A stretch of 64,000 nucleotides of DNA, taken from positions 144,551 through 208,550 of the forward strand of contig JBPOGD010000006.1 in assembly GCA_051252195.1 (NCBI GenBank). Direction: 5' to 3'. Made by a program: the position numbers and the translations under genes. The DNA comes from Akkermansiaceae bacterium (GTDB lineage: Bacteria; Verrucomicrobiota; Verrucomicrobiia; Verrucomicrobiales; Akkermansiaceae). Under the pieces are notes generated by a model. It was not told where the DNA came from. It made no database searches and saw only the letters and a program-made list of their open reading frames with translations. Positions 1-9,056 of this stretch are shown here, piece by piece (the stretch's first letter is position 1; each line of letters opens with the position of its first letter).

Positions 1-145
1 GGATGTCGTAAAACATACCCTCAGCGAGGTCGTCGAAAGTGACGCACTTAAGAAAGCGTGCGGGGATGATGCGGTCGGTATCGATATCGGCTCCTGGGAC
101 GTAGACAGCGGTACCAGATACGTGGGTGATAGCAGAGATAGACAT
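1..145 (-). CDS. leuD: 3-isopropylmalate dehydratase small subunit, N-terminal part (gene continues past window start)
   Basis: Reverse-complement from ATG at 145 reads MSISAITHVSGTAVYVPGADIDTDRIIPARFLK..., a typical LeuD N-terminus. It lies 15 nt downstream of leuC on the same strand. Confidence 0.8.
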   Translation of the reverse strand, partial: MSISAITHVSGTAVYVPGADIDTDRIIPARFLKCVTFDDLAEGMFYDI

Positions 146-160
146 GGTGAAAATGGGGGG

Positions 161-1585
161 TTAGTTGAAATTAGCAGCGAAAACTTCACGGGCATCGGCG
201 ACTTCACCTTTGATGGCAGCGGCTGCGACCATTAGCGGGCTCATGAGTACGGTACGTCCTGTAGGGCTGCCTTGGCGACCTTTGAAGTTTCTGTTTGAGG
301 ATGAGGCACAGAGCTGATCACCCGATAGCTTATCGGGGTTCATTGCGAGACACATGGAGCAGCCCGCAGCCCGCCATTCAAAGCCAGCGTCGATGAATAT
401 TTGATCGATACCTTCTTTTTTACAAATGGCGGCAGTGATTTGTGAGCCAGGGACAGCGAGCGCTTTCACACCCTCTGCGACCTTGTATCCCTTGATATAC
501 TGGGCGACTTCGCGGAAATCTGAGATGCGACCATTGGTGCATGAACCGATAAAGGCAACGTCGACGTGGGTGCCTTTGATCGGTGCGCCAGCTGGAAGTT
601 TCATGTATTCCAGTGCTTCTTCGATGTTAATTTTTTCTGCTTCGGATTGAGCTTTTGCAGGGTCAGGAATATTTTCTGAAATGGCGATACCGTGGTCGGG
701 TGAAATCCCCCATGTCACAGTAGGTTCGATGTCTTCCGCCTTGATGTTGACGACGTCCTCGTAGACAGCGTCTGTATCAGAAGCGTAAGCAGACCAACGC
801 GTCACAGCCTCGTCCCACTCGCTGTCTTTGGCAGAGTATGGGCGGTTTTTTAGATACTCGAAAGTAGTTTCATCAGGATTAACATAGCCACAACGTGCGC
901 CTCCTTCGATCGCCATGTTACAGACCGTCATACGCTCCTCCATGGTGAAATTTTCAAAAATGCTGCCACCGTATTCGTAGGCGTAGCCGATGCCACCGTT
1001 GGCTCCAAGCAGACGAATGATGTGAAGGGCGACATCCTTGGAGTAGACTCCTGGGCGAAGCTCACCGTCGACGTTGATACGGCGGACGTTCAGTTTTTCC
1101 ATCGCGACCGTTTGAGTCGCTAAAACGTCGCGCACCTGTGTGGTGCCGATTCCGAAGGCAATCGCACCGAAGGCACCATGAGTCGCTGTGTGCGAGTCGC
1201 CACAAACGATAGTTGTCCCTGGCTGAGTGATCCCTTGTTCAGGACCTACGATGTGGACGATGCCCTGCATGCCTGATGCGAGATCGAAGTAGGTGATTCC
1301 ATGTTTTTCCACATTGCTGCGAAGCTCGGTGATCATTTTGTCGGCGAGCGGGTCAGAAAACGGACGCTGCTGATTATCTGTGGGCACGATGTGATCAACC
1401 GTAGCAAAAGTACGGTGCGGGTATTTCACCGTGAGATTAAGATCGCGAAGCATGCCGAATGCTTGCGGACTCGTGACTTCGTGAATTAAATGCGTACCGA
1501 TAAACAGCTGAGTACGACCGTCTTCTAAAGTTCCTACCGTGTGCTCGTCCCAAACTTTTTGATATAAATTTTTACCCATGACCAA
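161..1585 (-). CDS. leuC: 3-isopropylmalate dehydratase large subunit
   Basis: 474 aa with aconitase-family Fe-S cysteine motifs (GSCTNGR, CGPC-like region), [17 protein letters not shown] start, and leuD immediately downstream. Confidence 0.95.
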   Translation of the reverse strand: MVMGKNLYQKVWDEHTVGTLEDGRTQLFIGTHLIHEVTSPQAFGMLRDLNLTVKYPHRTFATVDHIVPTDNQQRPFSDPLADKMITELRSNVEKHGITYFDLASGMQGIVHIVGPEQGITQPGTTIVCGDSHTATHGAFGAIAFGIGTTQVRDVLATQTVAMEKLNVRRINVDGELRPGVYSKDVALHIIRLLGANGGIGYAYEYGGSIFENFTMEERMTVCNMAIEGGARCGYVNPDETTFEYLKNRPYSAKDSEWDEAVTRWSAYASDTDAVYEDVVNIKAEDIEPTVTWGISPDHGIAISENIPDPAKAQSEAEKINIEEALEYMKLPAGAPIKGTHVDVAFIGSCTNGRISDFREVAQYIKGYKVAEGVKALAVPGSQITAAICKKEGIDQIFIDAGFEWRAAGCSMCLAMNPDKLSGDQLCASSSNRNFKGRQGSPTGRTVLMSPLMVAAAAIKGEVADAREVFAANFN

Positions 1586-1700
1586 TCGTTCTCGCCTCAG
1601 ATTTCATATATGCGGCGTTGGTGGGTTGTAGCGTGATTTTTCAGAAAGGCAAATCTGGAATTATAAAGATACCCGCCAGCTTAATAAGTTTAAGAGGGAC

Positions 1701-1761
1701 AAAAAAAGTGGGACCTAGCCGAAGCTAGATCCCACCACCTTCTCTTTGGGGGAAGAGAAGG
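1701..1761 (-). terminator. Two tandem hairpins on the minus-strand transcript; the 3' one is an intrinsic terminator (12-bp stem, UUCG loop, U7)
   Basis: Hairpin 1738-1761 (ccttctctt/tggggg/aagagaagg, perfect 9 bp). Hairpin 1708-1735 (gtgggacctagc cgaa gctagatcccac, one mismatch) is followed on the minus strand by the A-run 1701-1707, which is U7 in the RNA. Confidence 0.55.
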
Positions 1762-2026
1762 AACAACAACGCACGTTCCTTAACGGAACACACTAATAGA
1801 TTGGTTAGGGAACGAAGAAGTCACATGATTTAGCTTTTTTTTTAAATCCGCCTGTTTTATTTCAGCTTGGATGGCTATGGGGAGCTTATTGAGGACTGTT
1901 TTGAGCTGTTTTCTGAAAACTAAGAATCAAGGGCCAGTCCTCTCAACTGCTCATTTGACTGCCCATTTGACGACCTACTCAACGTGCTTAACCCCATCGG
2001 ACTGAGCAGAAGGGGGGGTGGAGGAA

Positions 2027-2326
2027 TTACTTCCCTTTATTGATGAGTGCAGTGAGTTGACCCGCTTTGTCCAAGATCGCTGTCGTGTCACATCCGTGGG
2101 TGTAATAATTCTTGAGTAGCATCGCCACCATGTTAGGAGTCAGCTTATAGGGCTTCGTGAGGAGAACGTCGCGAAGGCTTTGTTTCTCGTTGTCACGTAA
2201 GATTACAATGGCCTGCTCGTGGGATTCGCTAGGGATCAGTTTTTCGATCTCCTCTTGAAGTCTTTTAGGAGTAGATTTTGGAAATCCGAAAGTTGAAGTA
2301 GGCGAGTTTTGTGGTTCTTCAGGCAT
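2027..2326 (-). CDS. hypothetical protein (99 aa)
   Basis: ORF only; no recognised family. Confidence 0.35.
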   Translation of the reverse strand: MPEEPQNSPTSTFGFPKSTPKRLQEEIEKLIPSESHEQAIVILRDNEKQSLRDVLLTKPYKLTPNMVAMLLKNYYTHGCDTTAILDKAGQLTALINKGK

Positions 2327-2505
2327 AGTGGTTTTGGTGAAAAGTGTTGCGGCTAAGGTTAGATCCTAGGTTAGGAAATGCAGTAGCCCTATGGCATAGG
2401 CTTCAGCCGTATGAAGAGTCAATAACAACAAAAACTACAGACTTGTGAAAGGGTATACTAAACGGGTGAACGCAAGAGGTAAGGTCCAATACGCTCTAGC
2501 AACTT

Positions 2506-5500
2506 CTAAGGTTCTAGTACCTCGACGCGAAGCCTCACAAATCGTCGAGTCTTCGCAGCATCTTGAATGAGCACCATCAGCATGCCATCAGCACTGTTTG
2601 GCAAAGTATCGACCTCAGAGTCATAGAGTGTTTCTGGCCAAATCACGAGATCATCAGAGGCTTCTACGATATACCTGATACTGGATAATGAAGAATTACG
2701 TGGGAATTCAAATTGAAGATTCTCTCCCTCCTTGTTGATGACAGGCTTAATTATTTCCGCGTCAACGGTGGTAGGGTCTCCTCCTAGCGCAAATTCAAGA
2801 AGCTCAGCGAGGCCGTCTCCATCAATATCAGAATTAGCATCAACCAGGTGGTCATCATGATAATCTTTTTTCCATGTTTGAAATTCTGTCAACAGGAGGC
2901 TCTCGTCAGAGCCCAAACCTGATGGCGAGGAGGAACTGGTTTGAATGAGGATTTTATCAATGATGCAGCCTGGCTCTCTCATCCACAAATAAAGGGTGTT
3001 CATTCCTTCGGCTAGATCGACGGTACTTCCAGATTGCTTCCATGTGTTTGCCGTAATATTGATTTGAGCTGCATTAGAGGCATCAGCTACGGTTCCTGCG
3101 AAAATGGAATCGCTGGAGCTATCAGAGCCGCTTCCTAATACGTAAACGTAGTAGCTGCCAGCTGTCGCGATATTGAGAGAATAGGTGACATAGGTTCCTG
3201 CCCCTGCTGTTGTAGAACTACCAGAGTTCGTAAGCGCTTGGATAGCATTGTCAGTGTTAGCCCCACTAGCACCTGATAACGTGACTATTTGCCAACTTTT
3301 ACCACCTACTTCCGTCATTGTTTGAAAGTTTTCTGCTTCTATGCTGACGTAGTTCGACTCTTGGTAAAATGACGTTCCCGTAATTGGTGACGCCACAGCT
3401 TCCTCGTCAATAACGAGGTCAAAGGTAGCGGAATCAGCCTGACTAAGTGAGTCAGATACAACGAGAGTAAAACTGAATGATCCTGCTGCTGTTGGGATGC
3501 CCTGCAGCACACCTTGAGAGGAGATCGTCAGCCCTGTTGGCAGGTTGCCACTTTCTAGTGACCATGAGTAGCTAGGCTCGCCTCCTGTCGCGGTAAAGGT
3601 GTGAGTCAAGGCTTGATTCACTGCTCCATTAGGAATGAGAGAGCCGGCGACGACCAGAGGTTCAGGTGGAGGCTCTTCACCTATGACGAGAGACAACAGC
3701 TGTAAATCGCTTTCCCCCGCACTATCTCTCACTTCAATAATGAAGGATGAATTTCCCAGAGCAGAAGGAGTTCCCGCTAAAGTGCCTTCGCTAGAAACCG
3801 TGATCCCTGCTGGCAGGTTGCCACTGTTGATCGTCCAAGTATAGGGAGCCACGCCACCTGCTGCCGTTAGTGACTCAAAATATGCGGTATTGATTATCCC
3901 TGGGGTAAGCGAAGTTGTGATGACGTTCAGCACACCTCCTTGTGTGGATGGTTCACCTACTACGCTTGTATGATAGAAGATACTATCACTTTGCCCTCCA
4001 GCAGAGGCGGTGATGGTGAATTGGTAAGTTCCTGCCGTCGTAGGTGAGCCCGCGAGCACGCCTCCTAAGCTGAGCGTCATTCCATCAGGAAGTATCCCAG
4101 ATGAGAGAACCCATGTTTTACTCCCAGTGCCTCCTGCCGCGACAAGAGTCTGCGAAAAACCTACCCCAATCTCAAAATCACGAAAATATCGTTGTTGTAT
4201 GACTAATGGAAAGGTGCTGCCACTGGGAGGAGTAAAGCTGCTCGCTGGCCCACCATAGAATGATGGGCCTACCTCATCCCGTTCAAGAGGCGCTGCGAAA
4301 CTAGTTGAGGTGCTATTTACCTCAGAACACCCTGCGTCATAAGGCGCTAAGCGCAGTCGACCACTGATATCTGAGCTGAGACGACTCTCTGCAATATCCA
4401 CATGGTCTACTGCAATACTGCTAGAACTTGGCAGATGAAAGCCCAATGACTCATCACTAGTAAGTTGGGGGTCGGTGCCATAAGTAACTCCAGCGAGACC
4501 ACTGTTACCGTAGCTACCAGCTGCGTGGTAAACGATGTTGTTCTTAAATTCTATTTCAGAGGTGCTGTACTGGATATCGAATATATTTCCGTCTCCAGAG
4601 GCGCTCTGCACGATGTTATTGGAAAACTCCACACCACTAGGTATGACCCCGTCCGACTTATTCTCACCGATGTTGATGGGCTGATGACAGTTGACAAAGG
4701 TATTGTTATAAATTGTTGCCCCATCAGCTGCCTCATAGCCGTTACTGATGTCATCGCTTGGCCAGTCATTATCGCCAGTCATCACAACCAATGCAGAGCG
4801 GAGGCCTGACCCGCCAATACTCTCGAAGTAGTTATTTTTAACCACATGATTTCTCCCGATAATGCGCACTCCTGACTCGCGCGACCCACCGGTTCCAAAG
4901 AAGAAGTTCCCATCGATGGTACAGTCATCACCATGACGCATCGTCATCTGACCATCGCAGTCGCGATAGGTGTTATTCCGATAAAGGTTTCCCCTAGATT
5001 TATTAGAAATCACCTCCATTTCAGAACCAGTATCAGATTTGATAGCTTGATAGAACAGGTTCGACTGCACGATGCATGACATGTTGTAATGCTGCTTCGT
5101 GCTATCCGCGACGCGGACGGACTCGTAACCATTCACACCTATTTCATCACGTGTACCGAAGTAGTTCTTCTCCATGAGGTGGTTCCGCGCAGTCTCTGGA
5201 TCGCCCTCAGAGCTTGGGTTTGGCTTGATAAAGACGGTGGCGTTATACGTCGATTTACCCTCGAAGCTATTATGATCAATTCGGTGGTTGTACCCTTCGA
5301 TAAACAGCCAGTTCGTATCGTCGATTCCTTCATTGAAATCTTTAAATTGACAGTTCGAAACACGGCAATACGTCGAATTCGCTTCAAGCCTAATAATCCC
5401 CTCCTTCTCTCCATTACCACCATTACCATCAAAGCTGAGTCCCGCGATCGTTATGTGACTTCCTTTGACATGAATGCGGGTAGCCCCCTCAAACTTCGCG

Positions 5501-5748
5501 CCTCCTAACTCAAGCGCATAAATATAGACAGGAGAGGTAGCCGTCCCAGCAACATCGATATCGACATCCACATCACTATACACGCCCGATGTAAGCTCAA
5601 CAATATCCCCAGCAGAGAGATCTCCTAGCACCGACTCTAACTCGGCAGTACTACTCACTTGATAGACATCCGCATGAGTATTTGACGGAATAAGGAAGCC
5701 AAGAAACCATGCTATCGAGAGACATGTGTGAAGGGTTATGAATTTCAT
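2506..5748 (-). CDS. secreted right-handed parallel beta-helix polysaccharide-lyase-like protein with tandem Ig-like (GxLPxGxxxxxxGxLxGTP) repeats, a carbohydrate-binding-like module and a C-terminal Ca-binding-type D-rich segment
   Basis: N-terminal signal peptide MKFITLHTCLSIAWFLGFLIPSNTHA. Beta-helix hallmarks (NNTYRDCDGQMTMRHGDDCTIDGNFFFG, repeated N/G-rich rungs). Three to four repeats of ...SGxLPxGMTLSxxGVLAGxPTTAGTY.... A module TGTSFYQESNYVSIEAENFQ.... DANSDIDGDGLAELLEFALGGDP near the C-terminus. Confidence 0.7.
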   Translation of the reverse strand: MKFITLHTCLSIAWFLGFLIPSNTHADVYQVSSTAELESVLGDLSAGDIVELTSGVYSDVDVDIDVAGTATSPVYIYALELGGAKFEGATRIHVKGSHITIAGLSFDGNGGNGEKEGIIRLEANSTYCRVSNCQFKDFNEGIDDTNWLFIEGYNHRIDHNSFEGKSTYNATVFIKPNPSSEGDPETARNHLMEKNYFGTRDEIGVNGYESVRVADSTKQHYNMSCIVQSNLFYQAIKSDTGSEMEVISNKSRGNLYRNNTYRDCDGQMTMRHGDDCTIDGNFFFGTGGSRESGVRIIGRNHVVKNNYFESIGGSGLRSALVVMTGDNDWPSDDISNGYEAADGATIYNNTFVNCHQPINIGENKSDGVIPSGVEFSNNIVQSASGDGNIFDIQYSTSEIEFKNNIVYHAAGSYGNSGLAGVTYGTDPQLTSDESLGFHLPSSSSIAVDHVDIAESRLSSDISGRLRLAPYDAGCSEVNSTSTSFAAPLERDEVGPSFYGGPASSFTPPSGSTFPLVIQQRYFRDFEIGVGFSQTLVAAGGTGSKTWVLSSGILPDGMTLSLGGVLAGSPTTAGTYQFTITASAGGQSDSIFYHTSVVGEPSTQGGVLNVITTSLTPGIINTAYFESLTAAGGVAPYTWTINSGNLPAGITVSSEGTLAGTPSALGNSSFIIEVRDSAGESDLQLLSLVIGEEPPPEPLVVAGSLIPNGAVNQALTHTFTATGGEPSYSWSLESGNLPTGLTISSQGVLQGIPTAAGSFSFTLVVSDSLSQADSATFDLVIDEEAVASPITGTSFYQESNYVSIEAENFQTMTEVGGKSWQIVTLSGASGANTDNAIQALTNSGSSTTAGAGTYVTYSLNIATAGSYYVYVLGSGSDSSSDSIFAGTVADASNAAQINITANTWKQSGSTVDLAEGMNTLYLWMREPGCIIDKILIQTSSSSPSGLGSDESLLLTEFQTWKKDYHDDHLVDANSDIDGDGLAELLEFALGGDPTTVDAEIIKPVINKEGENLQFEFPRNSSLSSIRYIVEASDDLVIWPETLYDSEVDTLPNSADGMLMVLIQDAAKTRRFVRLRVEVLEP

Positions 5749-5940
5749 GAGAGGGGGTTTGAAATACGGTTATCGAATGCGCGCTTATCATGTCTGAAAA
5801 CAGTCCGTTCGATATGGATTTCAATATACTATTTCTTCACTATTGCCTATCAGATTCTCTGAGATAAACCTCAACAGCCAAGGCTTATTCATGACCATAA
5901 AAACTACTCGCCAGTGATAAGAGAGAACAGGCTACTCCTC

Positions 5941-6100
5941 GTTCATTTTCAACCACGGATAGCACGGATTTTCACGAATCGTTGCTTGGCTATTGAGTTC
6001 GTTTTCAACCACGGAAATGACGGAAGGCGCGGAAAGTAGAGCTGAAAGAAATTCACTATTCTACATTCACCATTCTCAATTCCACCACCAGTCTGTGATT
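5941..6100 (+). repeat. Copy C of intergenic repeat family (about 125 bp near-identical to copy A), includes CACGGAT-N-CACGGAT-N-CACGAAT direct repeats
   Basis: 5954-6072 is nearly identical to 7601-7718 with 2-3 mismatches. It flanks the triple-RidA gene on the side opposite copy A. Confidence 0.7.
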
Positions 6101-6157
6101 GGTGCGCTTTGACGTTAGATTTGTAGAGGAATATATACCATGGAAATAAAATGCCAG

Positions 6158-7393
6158 TTATACATGTGGAGGAGTGCCTTCACAGTTAGACACCACGGCA
6201 TCAATTTGCACCAAAGCATTCATAGGGATCGCTGAAACGCCGACGGTTGTCATCGCAGGAAGATCGCTGTTGAAAAATGTCGTGTAAACTTCGTTCACTG
6301 CATCAATATCTGCGACGTTCTTAAGCTGGATATTTATCTTAACGACATCATCAATCACGTGGTCGACGCTTTCTACAATGGCCTTAATATTATTGAGGCA
6401 TTGCTCGGCCTGCTCTTTGACACCACCTGCTACCATTTCACTTGTTGTTGGGTCTAGAGGCAATTGACCTGAAATGTGATTGTAATGAGAAAAAGCAACC
6501 GTGTGTGAGTAGTCAGCCTTAGGAGCATTTTCCGTATTACTTGCCTCTATGACGAGTAAGCTGGTGTCTTCAGGAAGTTGTGGGGGGGTGCCATCTCCAT
6601 GCGACACAGCAGTATCTATTTGCACCAGAGCATCCATAGGTAGAGCTGAAGCGTTGACGATTGTCCGCGCAGGAACATAGCTTGGGAAAAATTCTGCACA
6701 GACTTCGTTGACCGCGTCGATATCTGAGATGTTTTTGAGGAATATCGTGGTTTTAACCACATCGTCCATCACGTGATCGATACTTTCTAGAATTGCCTTA
6801 ATGTTGCTTAAGCACTGTTCAGTTTGTTCTTTGACACCACCCGCTATCAACTCACCCGTTGTTGGATCGATAGGTAATTGAGCTGAAAGATTATTGTAGT
6901 GAGAAAAAGCGACGGTCTGTGAGTAGAGACCTTTGGGTGCCTTTTTCGTGTTTCTGGAAACCTTGATGAGATCGCAGGGATCTTGTGGAGCGGTGCCTTC
7001 ACCGTTTGAAATAAGCGCATCAATTTGCACCAAAGCATCATCTAAAGGTAAGGCCGCAACTGCGACGATCGTCCGTGTAGGAAGCTCGCCGTTGAAAAAT
7101 GCTGTATAAACGGCGTCTACCGCGTCGATATCAGAGATGTTCTTGAGGAAGATCGTGATTTTAACAACATCGTCCATCACATGGTCGATACTTTCTACAA
7201 CGGCTTTGATATTTGCTAAGCACTGTCCAGCCTGCTCTTTGATTCCACCAGCTACCATCTCACCCGTTTTGGGATCGATAGGTAATTGAGCGGAAAGATT
7301 ATTGTAGTGAGAAAAAGCGACCGTTTGTGATGATACAGAACTTACTGGTGCATTCGCCGTGTTTCTTGAGTTTTTGATAATGTTGTCGCTCAT
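6158..7393 (-). CDS. triple-domain RidA/YjgF/TdcF (reactive intermediate deaminase) fusion protein, three tandem RidA domains in one chain
   Basis: The 411-aa protein is three units of about 137 aa, each with the RidA pattern ...YSQTVAFSHYNNLSAQLPIDPTTGELIAGGVKEQTEQCLSNIKAILESIDHVMDDVVKTTIFLKNISDIDAVNEV...PARTIVNASALPMDALVQID.... The DNA shows the matching three-fold periodicity of about 411 bp. Confidence 0.85.
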   Translation of the reverse strand: MSDNIIKNSRNTANAPVSSVSSQTVAFSHYNNLSAQLPIDPKTGEMVAGGIKEQAGQCLANIKAVVESIDHVMDDVVKITIFLKNISDIDAVDAVYTAFFNGELPTRTIVAVAALPLDDALVQIDALISNGEGTAPQDPCDLIKVSRNTKKAPKGLYSQTVAFSHYNNLSAQLPIDPTTGELIAGGVKEQTEQCLSNIKAILESIDHVMDDVVKTTIFLKNISDIDAVNEVCAEFFPSYVPARTIVNASALPMDALVQIDTAVSHGDGTPPQLPEDTSLLVIEASNTENAPKADYSHTVAFSHYNHISGQLPLDPTTSEMVAGGVKEQAEQCLNNIKAIVESVDHVIDDVVKINIQLKNVADIDAVNEVYTTFFNSDLPAMTTVGVSAIPMNALVQIDAVVSNCEGTPPHV

Positions 7394-7415
7394 ATTGATA
7401 TGTCTCGTGTCATAG

Positions 7416-7532
7416 CATGAAGCGCGCCAGAGTGAGATTGATAGGAACCTAGACCACTTTCTGACCGGAGCCAGTTACACCAAAGCACTTCTCTATCTTG
7501 AGACAGGGACACGGAAGTCGAGCGGGGAGTAA
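7416..7532 (+). pseudogene. 3'-terminal fragment, without start, of a gene homologous to the small ORF 10395..10643
   Basis: The plus-frame translation HEARQSEIDRNLDHFLTGASYTKALLYLETGTRKSSGE* aligns with the C-terminus HEAHRSEIDGNLDHFLTGASYQKALLYLKTGTRRPCGE* of ORF 10395..10643, and several differences are synonymous. There is a stop codon directly upstream at 7413-7415. Confidence 0.55.
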
Positions 7533-7960
7533 ACAGCTGCGACTGCTAGATATTTTTGACCACCCTCCTTTGCCGAGGCTTCGGTGGATAAACTGAATCG
7601 CACGGATTTTCACGAATCGTTGCTTGGCTATTGAGTTCGTTTTCAACCATGGAAATGACGGAAGGCATGGAAAGTAGAGCTGAAAGAAATTCACTATTCT
7701 ACATTCACACCATTCCACGAATCTATCCTCTCTATCCCAGCGGGGTAACATCTACTAGCTTGGGGTTACGCAACCCCAAGAAACCGATCCCTCAGAATCT
7801 GCATGCTAGAGGCATGCCATCAGCTCTTGGGAAGTTATGGGGTAAATCGGGAGACCGCTTTGGCTATGACGCTTGGCTAGGCCCCCCCACATATCACTTA
7901 GATGCCACTCCCTCAGGGGTGGGGGAATTGAGCTGGCGCGGGTCTCGGGGTGTTTAACCC
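7416..7960 (+). repeat. Copy A of composite repeat of about 550 bp (gene 3' fragment, CACGRAT direct repeats, hairpins, GCATGC-N5-GCATGC)
   Basis: Collinear similarity to 10565-11000 (copy B) and partial similarity to 5941-6100 (copy C). Hairpin cttggggtt-acg-aaccccaag at 7751-7772. Confidence 0.7.
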
Positions 7961-8130
7961 CGAGCTATCTGATGTTAGCCTTTCAGGGTAGGTGGTGTTG
8001 AAATGTTAAAGATCTATTCGTGATCTCTTTTTTGCGATTACGGAACCAAGAATCAAGGAGCGGCTCGCTTCACGACCTTTTTCTGGTTCATACTTGCATA
8101 AGAAGGGGGCGATAAAGGAGTCGATGAGGC

Positions 8131-8886
8131 TTATGAGATGAGGCGGGCTACGTAGATCCGGTGTTGGGCCTCTTCTGATTCTTCATGGGATTTTGCCGGG
8201 TGCTCGGTCAAATTGAAGCCGGCTTTTTTTAGTGCCATTTCAAGTTTAGGCGATGGGATGGCCATCCAGTAGGCTAGGCAGCCGCCGGGGTTGAGTGATT
8301 CCCGGAGTAATTTCATAAAACTTGGGGTGTAAAGATTGACATTGTCCTCAGTGATCACCGCGTCGGGCGTATCGTCGATATCGATCAAGATGGCATCATA
8401 AGTGTCGCCTTCTCCTAGGCAGTCGAAGAGATCGGCGAGAATGACGTTTGTTCTCGGGTCTTCTAGCAAGGGGCCATTATGCTCAACGAGATAAGTGCGG
8501 TTCCATTCGATGACTTGATTCATCAATTCCGCCACATCGACGGTGGCCGGAGAGCCAACCAATTCCAGAACTCGCTTCAGGGTGAATCCCATGCCCAGTC
8601 CTCCAATTAATACTCGCGGGTGCTCTGGCCGGTTCGTCGCCCCTTCCAGCAGATCGACACAGCCTAAATCAGCAAGCATCTGTTCGGAATATGTCAGGTT
8701 GGTGCTCATCAGCTCTAGCCCATTGTATTCGAGGATGAAATCTGAGCCCTCCTTATACAGGGCGAGCAGGTTGCCATCGGGCAGGCTGGCTTTGTCCAGC
8801 AGTGTGTAGGGCGTCATGGCCTCAAGTATCGATGAATTTGCTCCTTCGACAAGAGCATTGGTCGAGCCATTAAAATTTATCTTCAT
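8131..8886 (-). CDS. spermidine/spermine synthase-family (polyamine aminopropyltransferase-like) protein
   Basis: Motifs VLIGGLGMGFT...DAILIDIDD...GGCLAYW are typical of the PABS/class-I SAM-binding fold. I chose the start at ATG 8886 (MKINFNG...); the ORF track extends upstream to 8946. Confidence 0.65.
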   Translation of the reverse strand: MKINFNGSTNALVEGANSSILEAMTPYTLLDKASLPDGNLLALYKEGSDFILEYNGLELMSTNLTYSEQMLADLGCVDLLEGATNRPEHPRVLIGGLGMGFTLKRVLELVGSPATVDVAELMNQVIEWNRTYLVEHNGPLLEDPRTNVILADLFDCLGEGDTYDAILIDIDDTPDAVITEDNVNLYTPSFMKLLRESLNPGGCLAYWMAIPSPKLEMALKKAGFNLTEHPAKSHEESEEAQHRIYVARLIS

Positions 8887-9056
8887 AAGGAAAGGTGAGG
8901 GCTCGTATTTCCTCGCTGATTTCCTTAATACCATTGAGCACAGCAAAAGTGGTAAATAGCCGAGGTGAAGATAACTTTAGTACTCCAGATCGCTGTCCAG
9001 AAATATCCTTTATCCAGCCTTGCAGATCGGCAAATCTCTCTGACATTTCTACCGCC

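Noticed and set aside
7449-7751. ORFs 7449..7751 (-) and 10410..10688 (-) with similar protein sequences (LLPARLPCPCLKIE...)
   Set aside because: They are antisense translations of the repeat family. The plus strand carries the conserved, synonymously diverging reading frame, so the minus-strand ORFs are likely artefacts.
8895-9056. N-terminal extension of the photolyase-like ORF back to 8895
   Set aside because: The extension overlaps the converging gene 8131..8886 and does not resemble a photolyase N-terminal domain. The start at 9057 was preferred.
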